Part shown: piece by piece, positions 23,424-38,700 of the stretch
Layout of the letters: the number at the start of each line of letters is the position of its first letter
How positions within the stretch are numbered: the stretch's first letter is position 1
Assembly: GCA_032718475.1 (NCBI GenBank)
Contig: JAUCBJ010003018.1
Span: forward strand, 1-50,932
Source of the DNA: Nemertoderma westbladi
Lineage: Eukaryota; Animalia; Xenacoelomorpha
Reading direction: 5' to 3'
Length of the DNA: 50,932 nt
Notes under the pieces: generated by a model
Database searches by the model: none
What the model was told of the DNA's origin: nothing
What the model saw: the letters and a program-made list of their open reading frames with translations, nothing else
Position numbers and translations under genes: made by a program

Positions 23424-23538
23424 CAGGCGTTTGATCCCGACCTTCCCTGAACCGTATTTGCACCGGAGCAAAATCTGGTAGACCAGCCGGCTGCGTTGCG
23501 TGGGCGTGAAGAAAGTCTCCTTGTCTTTTATTATAAAT
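23382..23538 (-). CDS. ANO: Anoctamin exon B (157 nt, [Q]FIIKDKETFFTPTQRSRLVYQILLRCKYGSGKVGIKRLLNNGTFNAAYPLHD)
   Basis: aaacag acceptor, gtaagt donor, phase matches exons A and C. Confidence 0.95.
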
Positions 23539-23782
23539 CTGTTTAGGGGATGTTGAGAATTAAAAGACACTAGGGGGCGCTATAATAATATACTAAATCC
23601 ATGTAGGAGTAGGGGGCTCTAAATCAATATATATAAATCTCAAAGTCGACAATAGCAAGTACAACGAATAGCCGAGGTACCCTAATATTATTATAACTTA
23701 ATAATTAATATTTATGTGTAATTTAAATAGATCTCACTAGTAATATAGATGGCCGGCCCCATTATCATTTTAAGTATTATTA

Positions 23783-26700
23783 CCCCCTTTACTAACTGTT
23801 CTATGTGGCCCCTTTACTAACTATTCTATGTGGCCCCCTTACTAACTGTTCTATGTGGCCCCTTACTAACTGTTCTATGTGACCCCTTTACTAACTGTTC
23901 TATGTGACGCCTTTACTAACTATTCTATGTGACCCCTTTACTAAAACTGTTCTATATGACCCCTTTACTAACTGTTCTATGTGGCCCCTTTACTAACTGT
24001 TCTATGTGGCCCCTTTACTAACTATTCTATGTGACCCCTTTACTAACTATTCTATGTGAACCCTTTACTAACTGTTCTATATGACCCCTTTACTAACTAT
24101 TCTATGTGACCCCTTTACTAACTGTTCTATGTGACCCCTTTACTAACGGTTCTATGTGACCCTTTACTAACTGTTCTATGTGACCCCTTTACTAACTGTT
24201 CTATGTGGCCCCCTTACTAACTGTTCTATGTGGCCCCCTTTACTAACTGTTCTATGTGGCCCCTTTACTAACTTTTCTATGTGACCCCTTTACTAACTGT
24301 TCTATGTGGCCCCTTTACTAACTATTCTATGTGACCCCTTTACTAACTGTTCTATGTGGCCCCTTTACTAACTATTCTATGTGACCCCTTTACTAACTGT
24401 TCTATGTGGCCCCTTTAACTGTTCTATGTGACCCCTTTACTAACTATTCTATGTGGCCCCTTACTAACTGTTCTACGTGGCCCCTTACTAACTGTTCTAT
24501 GTGACCCCTTTACTAACTGTTCTATGTGACCCCTTACTAACTGTTCTATGTGACCCCTTTACTAACTGTTCTATGTGACCCCTTACTAACTATTCTATGT
24601 GACCCCTTTACTAACTGTTCTATGTGACCCCTTTACTAACTGTTCTATGTGGCCCCTTTACTAACTGTTCTATGTGACCCCTTTACTAACTGTTCTATGT
24701 GACCCCTTACTAACTATTCTATGTGACCCCTTTACTAACTGTTCTATGTGACCCTTTACTAACTGTTCTATGTGGCCACTTTACTAACTATTCTAAGAGG
24801 CCCCTTTACTAACTGTTCTACGTGGCCCCTTTACTAACTGTTCTATGTGACCCCTTACTAACTATTCTATGTGACCCCTTTACTAACTGTTCTATGTGAC
24901 CCTTTACTAACTGTTCTATGTGGCCCCTTTACTAACTGTTCTATGTGACCCCTTTACTAACTGTTCTATGTGACCCCTTACTAACTATTCTATGTGACCC
25001 CTTTACTAACTGTTCTATGTGGCCCCTTACTAACTGTTCTATGTGACCCCTTTACTAACTGTTCTATGTGACCATTTACTAACTGTTCTATGTGACCCCT
25101 TTACTAACTGTTCTATGTGACCCCTTACTAACTGTTCTATGTGACCCCTTTACTAACTGTTCTATGTGGCCCCTTACTAACTGTTCTATGTGACCCCTTT
25201 ACTAACTGTTCTATGTGACCCCTTTACTAACTGTTCTATGTGGCCCCTTTACTAACTGTTCCATGTGGCCCCTTTACTAACTGTTCTATGTGACCCCTTA
25301 CTAACTATTCTATGTGACCCCTTTACTAACTGTTCTATGTGACCCCTTTACTAACTGTTCTATGTGGCCCCTTTACTAACTATTCTAAGAGGCCCCTTTA
25401 CTAACTGTTCTATGTGACCCTTTACTAACTGTTCTATGTGGCCACTTTACTAACTGTTCTATGTGGCCCCTTTACTAACTGTTCTATGTGGCCCCTTTAC
25501 TAACTATTATAAGAGGCCCCTTTACTAACTGTTCTATGTGGCCCCTTTACTAACTATTCTAAGAGGCCCCTTTACTAACTGTTCTATGTGACCCCTTTAC
25601 TAACTATTCTATGTGGCCCCTTTACTAACTGTTCTATGTGGCCCCTTACAAACTGTTCTATGTGACCCCTTTACTAACTGTTCTATGTGGCCCCTTTACT
25701 AACTATTCTATGTGACCCCTTTACTAACTGTTCTATATGGCCCCTTTACTAACTGTTCTATGTGACCCCTTTACTAACTGTTCTATGTGACCCCTTTACT
25801 AACTGTTCTATGTGACCCCTTTACTAACTGTTCTATGTGGCCCCTTTACTAACTATTCTATGTGGCCCCTTTACTAACTGTTCTATGTGGCCCCTTTATT
25901 AACTGTTCTATGTGGCCCCTTACAAACTGTTCTATGTGACCCCTTTACTAACTGTTCTATGTTGCCCCTTTACTAACTGTTCTATGTGACCCCTTTACTA
26001 ACTGTTCTATGTGGCCACTTTACTAACTATTCTATGTGGCCCCTTTACTAACTGTTCTATGTGGTCCCTTTACTAACTGTTCTATGTGGCCCCTTTACTA
26101 ACTGTTCTATGTGGCCCCTTTATTAACTGTTCTATGTGGCCCCTTACAAACTGTTCTATGTGACCCCTTTACTAACTGTTCTATGTTGCCCCTTTACTAA
26201 CTGTTCTATGTGACCCCTTTACTAACTGTTCTATGTGGCCACTTTACTAACTATTCTATGTGGCCCCTTTACTAACTGTTCTATGTGACCCCTTTACTAA
26301 CTGTTCTATGTTGCCCCTTTACTAACTGTTCTATGTGACCCCTTTACTAACTGTTCTATGTGGCCACTTTACTAACTATTCTATGTGGCCCCTTTACTAA
26401 CTGTTCTATGTGGCCCCTTTACTAACTATTCTATGTGGCCCCTTTACTAACTGTTCTATGTGGCCCCTTTATTAACTGTTCTATGTGGCCCCTTTACTAA
26501 CTGTTCTATGTGGCCCCCTTACTAACTGTTCTATGTGGCCCCTTACAAACTGTTCTATGTGACCCCTTTACTAACTGTTCTATGTTGCCCCTTTACTAAC
26601 TGTTCTATGTGACCCCTTACTAACTGTTCTATGTGACCCCTTTACTAACTATTCTATGTGACCCCTTTACTAACTATTCTATGTGACCCCTTTACTAACT

Positions 26701-29700
26701 ATTCTATGTGACCCCTTTACTAACTGTTCTATGTGGTCCCTTTACTAACTGTTCTATGTGGCCTCTTTACTAACTATTCTATGTGGCCCCCTTTACTAAC
26801 TGTTCTATGTGGCCCCTTTACTAACTGTTCTATGTGGCCCCTTACTAACTGTTCTATGTGGCCCTTTACTAACCGTTCTGTGGCCCCTTTACTAACTGTT
26901 CTATGTGGCCCCTTTACTAACTATTATAAGAGGCCCCTTTACTAACTGTTCTATGTGGCCCCTTTACTAACTATTCTAAGAGGCCCCTTTACTAACTGTT
27001 CTATGTGACCCCTTTACTAACTGTTCTATATGGCCCCTTTACTAACTGTTCTATGTGACCCCTTTACTAACTGTTCTATGTGACCCCTTTACTAACTGTT
27101 CTATGTGACCCCTTTACTAACTGTTCTATGTGGCCCCTTTACTAACTATTCTATGTGGCCCCTTTACTAACTATTCTATGTGGCCCCTTTACTAACTGTT
27201 CTATGTGGCCCCTTTACTAACTGTTCTATGTGGCCCCTTTATTAACTGTTCTATGTGGCCCCTTTATTAACTGTTCTATGTGGCCCCTTACAAACTGTTC
27301 TATGTGACCCCTTTACTAACTGTTCTATGTTGCCCCTTTACTAACTGTTCTATGTGACCCCTTTACTAACTGTTCTATGTGACCCCTTACTAACTATTCT
27401 ATGTGACCCCTTTATTAACTGTTCTATGTGACCCCTTTACTAACTGTTCTATGTGACCCCTTACTAACTATTCTATGTGACCCCTTTACTAACTGTTCTA
27501 TGTGACCCCTTTACTAACTGTTCTATGTGGCCCCTTTACTAACTATTCTAAGAGGCCCCTTTACTAACTGTTCTATGTGACCCTTTACTAACTGTTCTAT
27601 GTGGCCACTTTACTAACTGTTCTATGTGGCCCCTTTACTAACTGTTCTATGTGGCCCCTTTACTAACTATTATAAGAGGCCCCTTTACTAACTGTTCTAT
27701 GTGGCCCCTTTACTAACTATTCTAAGAGGCCCCTTTACTAACTGTTCTATGTGACCCCTTTACTAACTGTTCTATATGGCCCCTTTACTAACTGTTCTAT
27801 GTGACCCCTTTACTAACTGTTCTATATGGCCCCTTTACTAACTGTTCTATGTGACCCCTTTACTAACTGTTCTATGTGACCCTTTACTAACTGTTCTATG
27901 TGACCCCTTTACTAACTGTTCTCTGTGGCCCCTTTACTAACTGTTCTATGTGGCCCCTTTACTAACTGTTCTATGTGACCCCTTTACTAACTATTATATG
28001 TGGCCCCTTACTAACTGTTCTATGTGGCCCCTTTACTAACTGTTCTATGTGGCCCCTTTACTAACTATTATATGTGGCCCCTTTACTAACTATTCTATGT
28101 GGCCCCTTTACTAACTGTTCTATGTGGCCCCTTACAAACTGTTCTATGTGACCCCTTTACTAACTGTTCTATGTGGCCCCTTTACTAACTATTCTATGTG
28201 GCCCCTTTACTAACTGTTCTATGTGGCCCCTTTATTAACTGTTCTATGTGGCCCCTTACAAACTGTTCTATGTGACCCCTTTACTAACTGTTCTATGTGG
28301 CCCCTTTATTAACTGTTCTATGTGGCCCCTTACAAACTGTTCTATGTGACCCCTTTACTAACTGTTCTATGTGACCCCTTTACTAACTGTTCTATGTGAC
28401 CCCTTTACTAACTGTTCTATGTGACCCCTTTACTAACTGTTCTATGTGGCCCCTTTACTAACTATTCTATGTGGCCCCTTTACTAACTGTTCTATGTGGC
28501 CCCTTTATTAACTGTTCTATGTGGCCCCTTACAAACTGTTCTATGTGACCCCTTTACTAACTGTTCTATGTGACCCCTTTACTAACTGTTCTATGTGGCC
28601 CCTTTACTAACTATTCTATGTGACCCCTTTACTAACTGTTCTATGTGGTCCCTTTACTAACTGTTCTATGTGACCCCTTTACTAACTGTTCTATGTGGCC
28701 CCTTTACTAACTATTCTATGTGACCCCTTTACTAACTGTTCTATATGGCCCCTTTACTAACTGTTCTATGTGACCCCTTTACTAACTGTTCTATGTGACC
28801 CCTTTACTAACTGTTCTATGTGACCCCTTTACTAACTGTTCTATGTGGCCCCTTTACTAACTATTCTATGTGGCCCCTTTACTAACTGTTCTATGTGGCC
28901 CCTTTATTAACTGTTCTATGTGGCCCTTACAAACTGTTCTATGTGACCCCTTTACTAACTGTTCTATGTTGCCCCTTTACTAACTATTCTATGTGACCCC
29001 TTTACTAACTGTTCTATGTGGTCCCTTTACTAACTGTTCTATGTGGCCTCTTTACTAACTATTCTATGTGGCCCCCTTTACTAACTGTTCTATGTGGCCC
29101 CTTTACTAACTATTCTATGTGGCCACTTTACTAACTGTTCTATGTGACCCTTTACTAACTGTTCTGTGTGGCCCCTTTACTAACTGTTCTATGTGACCCC
29201 TTTACTAACTGTTCTATGTGGCCCCTTTACTAACTATTCTATGTGGCCCCTTACTAACTGTTCTATGTGGCCCCTTACTAACTGTTCTATGTGGCCCCTT
29301 TACTAACTGTTCTATGTGGCCCCTTTACTAACTGTTCTATGTGGCCCCTTTACTAACTGTTCTATGTGACCCCTTTACTAACTGTTCTATGTTACCCCTT
29401 TACTAACTGTTCTATGTGACCCCTTACTAACTGTTCTATGTGGCCCCTTTACTAACTGTTCTATGTGGCCCCTTTACTAACTGTTCTATGTGGCCCCTTT
29501 ACTAACTGTTCTATGTGACCCCTTTACTAACTGTTCTATGTTACCCCTTTACTAACTGTTCTATGTGACCCCTTACTAACTGTTCTATGTGACCCCTTTA
29601 CTAACTGTTCTATGTGGCCCCTTTACTAACTGTTCTATGTGACCCCTTTACTAACTGTTCTATGTGGCCCCTTTACTAACTGTTCTATGTGACCCCTTTA

Positions 29701-32700
29701 CTAACTGTTCTATGTGGCCCCTTTACTAACTGTTCTATGTGACCCCTTTACTAACTGTTCTATGTGGCCCCTTTACTAACTGTTCTATGTGACCCCTTTA
29801 CTAACTGTTCTATGTGGCCCCTTACTAACTGTTCTATGTGACCCCTTTACTAACTGTTCTATGTGGCCCCTTTACTAACTGTTCTATGTGGCCCCTTTAC
29901 TAACTGTTCTATGTGACCCCTTTACTAACTGTTCTATGTTACCCCTTTACTAACTGTTCTATGTGACCCCTTACTAACTGTTCTATGTGACCCCTTTACT
30001 AACTGTTCTATGTGGCCCCTTTACTAACTGTTCTATGTGACCCCTTTACTAACTGTTCTATGTGGCCCCTTACTAACTGTTCTATGTGACCCCTTACTAA
30101 CTGTTCTATGTGGCCCCTTACTAACTGTTCTATGTGGCCCCTTTACTAACTTTTCTATGTGACCCCTTTACTAACTGTTCTATGTGACCCCTTTACTAAC
30201 TGTTCTATGTGACCCCTTACTAACTGTTCTATGTGACCCCTTACTAACTGTTCTATGTGGCCCCTTTACTAACTGTTCTATGTGACCCCTTTACTAACTG
30301 TTCTATGTGGCCCCTTTACTAACTGTTCTATGTGACCCCTTACTAACTGTTCTATGTGACCCCTTTACTAACTATTCTATGTGACCCCTTTACTAACTGT
30401 TCTATGTGGCCCCTTTACTAACTGTTCTATGTGGCCCCTTTACTAACTGTTCTATGTGGCCCCTTTACTAACTGTTCTATGTGGCCCCTTTACTAACTGT
30501 TCTATGTGACCCCTTTACTAACTGTTCTATGTGGCCCCTTACTAACTGTTCTATGTGACCCCTTACTAACTGTTCTATGTGACCCCTTACTAACTGTTCT
30601 ATGTGGCCCCTTTACTAACTTTTCTATGTGACCCCTTTACTAACTGTTCTATGTGACCCCTTTACTAACTGTTCTATGTGGCCCCTTTAACTGTTCTATG
30701 TGGCCCCCTTACTAACAGTTCTATGTGACCCCTTACTAACTGTTCTATGTGACCCCTTACTAACTATTCTATGTGACCCCTTTACTAACTGTTCTATGTG
30801 GCCCCTTTACTAACTGTTCTATGTGGCCCCTTACTAACTGTTCTAAGTGACCCCTTTAATAACTGTTCTATGTGGTCCCTTTACTAACTATTCTATGTGA
30901 CCCCTTACTAACTGTTCTATGTGGCCCCTTTACTAACTGTTCTATGTGGCCCCTTACTAACAGTTCTATGTGGCCCCTTTACTAACTGTTCTATGTGACC
31001 CCTTTACTAACTGTTCTATGTGACCCCTTTACTAACTGTTCTATGTGACCCCTTTACTAACTGTTCTATGTGGCCCCTTTAACTGTTCTATGTGGCCCCC
31101 TTACTAACAGTTCTATGTGACCCCTTACTAACTGTTCTATGTGACCCCTTACTAACTATTCTATGTGACCCCTTTACTAACTGTTCTATGTGGCCCCTTT
31201 ACTAACTGTTCTATGTGGCCCCTTACTAACAGTTCTATGTGGCCCCTTTACTAACTGTTCTATGTGACCCCTTTACTAACTGTTCTATGTGACCCCTTTA
31301 CTAACTGTTCTATGTGACCCCTTACTAACTGTTCTATGTGGCCCCTTTACTAACTGTTCTATGTGACCCCTTTACTAACTGTTCTATGTGACCCCTTTAC
31401 TAACTGTTCTATGTGGCCCCTTACTAACTGTTCTCTGTGGCCCCTTTACTAACTTTTCTATGTGACCCCTTTACTAACTGTTCTATGTGACCCCTTTACT
31501 AACTGTTCTATGTGACCCCTTACTAACTGTTCTACGTGGCCCCCTTACTAACTGTTCTATGTGGCCCCTTACTAACTGTTCTCTGTGGCCCCTTTACTAA
31601 CTTTTCTATGTGACCCCTTTACTAACTGTTCTATGTGGCCCCTTTACTAACTGTTCTATGTGGCCCCTTACTAACAGTTCTATGTGGCCCCTTTACTAAC
31701 TGTTCTATGTGACCCCTTTACTAACTGTTCTATGTGACCCCTTTACTAACTGTTCTATGTGACCCCTTACTAACTGTTCTATGTGGCCCCTTTACTAACT
31801 GTTCTATGTGACCCCTTACTAACTGTTCTACGTGGCCCCCTTACTAACTGTTCTATGTGGCCCCTTTACTAACTGTTCTATGTGACCCCTTACTAACTGT
31901 TCTATGTGACCCCTTACTAACTGTTCTCTGTGGCCCCTTTACTAACTTTTCTATGTGACCCCTTTACTAACTGTTCTATGTGACCCCTTTACTAACTGTT
32001 CTATGTGACCCCTTTACTAACTGTTCTATGTGGCCCCTTTACTAACTGTTCTATGTGGCCCCTTTACTAACTGTTCTATGTGACCCCTTTACTAACTGTT
32101 CTATGTGGCCCCTTTACTAACTGTTCTATGTGGCCCCTTTACTAACTGTTCTATGTGACCCCTTTACTAACTGTTCTATGTGGCCCCTTTACTAACTGTT
32201 CTATGTGACCCCTTTACTAACTGTTCTATGTGGCCCCTTTACTAACTGTTCTATGTGACCCCTTACTAACTGTTCTATGTGACCCCTTACTAACTGTTCT
32301 ATGTGACCCCTTTACTAACTGTTCTATGTGGCCCCTTTACTAACTGTTCTATGTGGCCCCTTTACTAACTGTTCTATGTGGCCCCTTTACTAACTGTTCT
32401 ATGTGACCCCTTACTAACTGTTCTATGTGACCCCTTTACTAACTATTCTATGTGACCCCTTTACTAACTGTTCTATGTGGCCCCTTTACTAACTGTTCTA
32501 TGTGGCCCCTTTACTAACTGTTCTATGTGACCCCTTTACTAACTGTTCTATGTGACCCCTTTACTAACTGTTCTATGTGGCCCCTTTACTAACTGTTCTA
32601 TGTGACCCCTTACTAACTGTTCTATGTGACCCCTTTACTAACTGTTCTATGTGGCCCCTTTACTATCTGTTCTATGTGACCCCTTTACTAACTGTTCTAT

Positions 32701-35700
32701 GTGGCCCCCTTACTAACTGTTCTATGTGGCCCCCTTACTAACTGTTCTATGTGGCCCCTTACTAACTGTTCTATGTTACCCCTTACTAACTGTTCTATGT
32801 GACCCCTTACTAACTGTTCTATGTGGCCCCTTTAACTGTTCTATGTGACCCCTTTACTAACTGTTCTATGTGGCCCCTTTACTAACTGTTCTATGTGACC
32901 CCTTACTAACTGTTCTATGTGACCCCTTTACTATCTGTTCTATGTGACCCCTTTACTAACTGTTCTATGTGGCCCCTTTACTAACTGTTCTATGTGGCCC
33001 CTTTACTAACTGTTCTATGTGGCCCCTTACTAACTGTTCTATGTGGCCCCTTTACTAACTGTTCTATGTGGCCCCTTTAACTGTTCTATGTGCCCCTTTA
33101 CTAACTGTTCTATGTGGCCCCTTTACTAACTGTTCTATGTGGCCCCTTTACTAACTGTTCTATGTGACCCCTTTACTAACTGTTCTATGTGGCCCCTTTA
33201 CTAACTGTTCTATGTGACCCCTTACTAACTGTTCTATGTGACCCCTTTACTAACTGTTCTATGTGGCCCCTTTACTAACTGTTCTATGTGGCCCCTTTAC
33301 TAACTGTTCTATGTGGCCCCTTTACTAACTGTTCTATGTGGCCCCTTACTAACTGTTCTATGTGGCCCCTTTACTAACTGTTCTATGTGACCCCTTTACT
33401 AACTGTTCTATGTGGCCCCCTTACTAACTGTTCTATGTGGCCCCTTTACTAACTGTTCTATGTGGCCCCTTTAACTGTTCTATGTGACCCCTTTACTAAC
33501 TGTTCTATGTGGCCCCTTTACTAACTGTTCTATGTGGCCCCTTTACTAACTGTTCTATGTGACCCCTTTACTATCTGTTCTATGTGACCCCTTTACTAAC
33601 TGTTCTATGTGGCCCCTTACTAACTGTTCTATGTGACCCCTTTACTATCTGTTCTATGTGACCCCTTTACTAACTGTTCTATGTGGCCCCTTTACTAACT
33701 GTTCTATGTGGCCCCTTTACTAACTGTTCTATGTGGCCCCTTACTAACTGTTCTATGTTACCCCTTACTAACTGTTCTATGTGACCCCTTACTAACTGTT
33801 CTATGTGGCCCCTTTAACTGTTCTATGTGACCCCTTTACTAACTGTTCTATGTGGCCCCTTTACTAACTGTTCTATGTGACCCCTTACTAACTGTTCTAT
33901 GTGACCCCTTTACTATCTGTTCTATGTGACCCCTTTACTAACTGTTCTATGTGGCCCCTTTACTAACTGTTCTATGTGGCCCCTTTACTAACTGTTCTAT
34001 GTGGCCCCTTACAAACTGTTCTATGTGGCCCCTTCTACGTTCTTGTGCCCTTCTAACTGTTCTATGTGACCCCTTTACTAACTGTTCTCTGTGGCCCCCT
34101 TACTATCTGTTCTATGTGGCCCCCTTACTAACTGTTCTATGTGGCCCCTTTAACTGTTCTATGTGACCCCTTTACTAACTGTTCTATGTGGCCCCTTTAC
34201 TAACTGTTCTATGTGGCCCCTTTACTAACTGTTCTATGTGACCCCTTTACTATCTGTTCTATGTGACCCCTTTACTATCTGTTCTATGTGACCCCTTTAC
34301 TAACTGTTCTATGTGGCCCCTTTACTAACTGTTCTATGTGGCCCCTTTACTAACTGTTCTATGTGGCCCCTTACAAACTGTTCTATGTGGCCCCTTTACT
34401 AACTGTTCTATGTGGCCCCTTTACTATCTGTTCTATGTGACCCCTTTACTATCTGTTCTATGTGACCCCTTTACTAACTGTTCTATGTGGCCCCTTTACT
34501 AACTGTTCTATGTGGCCCCTTTACTAACTGTTCTATGTGGCCCCTTACAAACTGTTCTATGTGGCCCCTTTACTAACTGTTCTATGTGGCCCCCTTACTA
34601 ACTGTTCTATGTGACCCCTTTACTAACTGTTCTATGTGACCCCTTTACTAACTGTTCTCTGTGGCCCCCTTACTATCTGTTCTATGTGGCCCCCATACTA
34701 ACTGTTCTATGTGGCCCCTTTAACTGTTCTATGTGACCCCTTTACTAACTGTTCTATGTGGCCCCTTTACTAACTGTTCTATGTGGCCCCTTTACTAACT
34801 GTTCTATGTGACCCCTTTACTAACTGTTCTATGTGGCCCCTTACTAACTGTTCTATGTGACCCCTTACTAACTGTTCTATGTGACCCCTTACTAACTGTT
34901 CTATGTGGCCCCTTTACTAACTTTTCTATGTGACCCCTTTACTAACTGTTCTATGTGACCCCTTTACTAACTGTTCTATGTGGCCCCTTTAACTGTTCTA
35001 TGTGGCCCCCTTACTAACAGTTCTATGTGACCCCTTACTAACTGTTCTATGTGACCCCTTACTAACTATTCTATGTGACCCCTTTACTAACTGTTCTATG
35101 TGGCCCCTTTACTAACTGTTCTATGTGGCCCCTTACTAACTGTTCTAAGTGACCCCTTTAATAACTGTTCTATGTGGTCCCTTTACTAACTATTCTATGT
35201 GACCCCTTACTAACTGTTCTATGTGGCCCCTTTACTAACTGTTCTATGTGGCCCCTTACTAACAGTTCTATGTGGCCCCTTTACTAACTGTTCTATGTGA
35301 CCCCTTTACTAACTGTTCTATGTGACCCCTTTACTAACTGTTCTATGTGACCCCTTTACTAACTGTTCTATGTGGCCCCTTTAACTGTTTTATGTGGCCC
35401 CCTTACTAACAGTTCTATGTGACCCCTTACTAACTGTTCTATGTGACCCCTTACTAACTATTCTATGTGACCCCTTTACTAACTGTTCTATGTGGCCCCT
35501 TTACTAACTGTTCTATGTGGCCCCTTACTAACAGTTCTATGTGGCCTCTTTACTAACTGTTCTATGTGACCCCTTTACTAACTGTTCTATGTGACCCCTT
35601 TACTAACTGTTCTATGTGACCCCTTACTAACTGTTCTATGTGGCCCCTTTACTAACTGTTCTATGTGACCCCTTTACTAACTGTTCTATGTGACCCCTTT

Positions 35701-38700
35701 ACTAACTGTTCTATGTGGCCCCTTACTAACTGTTCTCTGTGGCCCCTTTACTAACTTTTCTATGTGACCCCTTTACTAACTGTTCTATGTGACCCCTTTA
35801 CTAACTGTTCTATGTGACCCCTTACTAACTGTTCTACGTGGCCCCCTTACTAACTGTTCTATGTGGCCCCTTACTAACTGTTCTCTGTGGCCCCTTTACT
35901 AACTTTTCTATGTGACCCCTTTACTAACTGTTCTATGTGGCCCCTTTACTAACTGTTCTATGTGGCCCCTTACTAACAGTTCTATGTGGCCCCTTTACTA
36001 ACTGTTCTATGTGACCCCTTTACTAACTGTTCTATGTGACCCCTTTACTAACTGTTCTATGTGACCCCTTACTAACTGTTCTATGTGGCCCCTTTACTAA
36101 CTGTTCTATGTGACCCCTTACTAACTGTTCTACGTGGCCCCCTTACTAACTGTTCTATGTGGCCCCTTTACTAACTGTTCTATGTGACCCCTTACTAACT
36201 GTTCTATGTGACCCCTTACTAACTGTTCTCTGTGGCCCCTTTACTAACTTTTCTATGTGACCCCTTTACTAACTGTTCTATGTGACCCCTTTACTAACTG
36301 TTCTATGTGACCCCTTTACTAACTGTTCTATGTGGCCCCTTTACTAACTGTTCTATGTGGCCCCTTTACTAACTGTTCTATGTGACCCCTTTACTAACTG
36401 TTCTATGTGGCCCCTTTACTAACTCTTCTATGTGGCCCCTTTACTAACTGTTCTATGTGACCCCTTTACTAACTGTTCTATGTGGCCCCTTTACTAACTG
36501 TTCTATGTGACCCCTTTACTAACTGTTCTATGTGGCCCCTTTACTAACTGTTCTATGTGACCCCTTACTAACTGTTCTATGTGACCCCTTACTAACTGTT
36601 CTATGTGACCCCTTTACTAACTGTTCTATGTGGCCCCTTTACTAACTGTTCTATGTGGCCCCTTTACTAACTGTTCTATGTGGCCCCTTTACTAACTGTT
36701 CTATGTGACCCCTTACTAACTGTTCTATGTGACCCCTTTACTAACTATTCTATGTGACCCCTTTACTAACTGTTCTATGTGGCCCCTTTACTAACTGTTC
36801 TATGTGGCCCCTTTACTAACTGTTCTATGTGACCCCTTTACTAACTGTTCTATGTGACCCCTTTACTAACTGTTCTATGTGGCCCCTTTACTAACTGTTC
36901 TATGTGACCCCTTACTAACTGTTCTATGTGACCCCTTTACTAACTGTTCTATGTGGCCCCTTTACTATCTGTTCTATGTGACCCCTTTACTAACTGTTCT
37001 ATGTGGCCCCCTTACTAACTGTTCTATGTGGCCCCCTTACTAACTGTTCTATGTGGCCCCTTACTAACTGTTCTATGTTACCCCTTACTAACTGTTCTAT
37101 GTGACCCCTTACTAACTGTTCTATGTGGCCCCTTTAACTGTTCTATGTGACCCCTTTACTAACTGTTCTATGTGGCCCCTTTACTAACTGTTCTATGTGA
37201 CCCCTTACTAACTGTTCTATGTGACCCCTTTACTAACTGTTCTATGTGGCCCCTTTACTATCTGTTCTATGTGACCCCTTTACTATCTGTTCTATGTGAC
37301 CCCTTTACTAACTGTTCTATGTGGCCCCTTTACTAACTGTTCTATGTGGCCCCTTTACTAACTGTTCTATGTGGCCCCTTACAAACTGTTCTATGTGGCC
37401 CCTTTACTAACTGTTCTATGTGGCCCCCTTACTAACTGTTCTATGTGACCCCTTTACTAACTGTTCTATGTGACCCCTTTACTAACTGTTCTCTGTGGCC
37501 CCCTTACTATCTGTTCTATGTGGCCCCCTTACTAACTGTTCTATGTGGCCCCTTTAACTGTTCTATGTGACCCCTTTACTAACTGTTCTATGTGGCCCCT
37601 TTACTAACTGTTCTATGTGACCCCTTACTAACTGTTCTATGTGACCCCTTTACTAACTGTTCTATGTGGCCCCTTTTCTATCTGTTCTATGTGGCCCCTT
37701 TACTAACTGTTCTATGTGGCCCCTTTACTAACTGTTCTATGTGACCCCTTACTAACTGTTCTATGTGGCCCCTTTACTAACTATTCTAAGAGTCCCCTTT
37801 ACTAACTGTTCTATGTGACCCCTTACTAACTTTTCTATGTGACCCCTTTACTAACTGTTCTATGTGGCCCCTTACTAACTGTTCTATGTGACCCCTTTAC
37901 TAACTGTTCTATGTGGCCCCTTACTAACTGTTCTATGTGACCCCTTACTAACTTTTCTATGTGACCCCTTTACTAACTGTTCTATGTGGCCCCTTACTAA
38001 CTGTTCTATGTGGCCCCTTACTAACTGTTCTATGTGACCCCTTACTAACTTTTCTATGTGACCCCTTTACTAACTGTTCTATGTGGCCCCTTACTAACTG
38101 TTCTATGTGGCCCCCTTACTAACTGTTCTATGTGGCCCCTTACTAACTGTTCTGTGTGGCCCCTTTACTAACTGTTCTATGTGACCCCTTTACTAACTGT
38201 TCTATGTGACCCCTTTACTAACTGTTCCATGTGGCCCCTTACAAACTTTTCTATGTGACCCCTTTACTAACTGTTCTATGTGGCCCCTTACTAACTTTTC
38301 TATGTGACCCCTTTACTAACTGTTCTGTGTGGCCCCTTTACTAACTGTTCTATGTGACCCCTTTACTAACTGTTCTATGTGGCCCCTTACTAACTGTTCT
38401 ATGTGGCCTCTTTACTAACTGTTCTATGTGACCACTTTACTAACTGTTCTATGTGGCCCCTTACTAACTGTTCTATGTGGCCCCTTTACTAACTGTTCTA
38501 TGTGGCCCCTTTACTAACTGTTCTATGTGGTCCCTTTACTAACTGTTCTATGTGACCCCTTACTAACTGTTCTATGTGGCCCCTTACTAACTGTTCTATG
38601 TGGCCCCTTACTAACTGTTCTATGTGGCCCCCTTACTAACTGTTCCATGTGGCCCCTTACTAACTTTTCTATGTGACCCCTTTACTAACTGTTCTGTGTG

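Noticed and set aside
26733-34166. Short ORFs 26733..26945 and 33951..34166 (also 13431..13613)
   Set aside because: Chance translations of tandem-repeat units.
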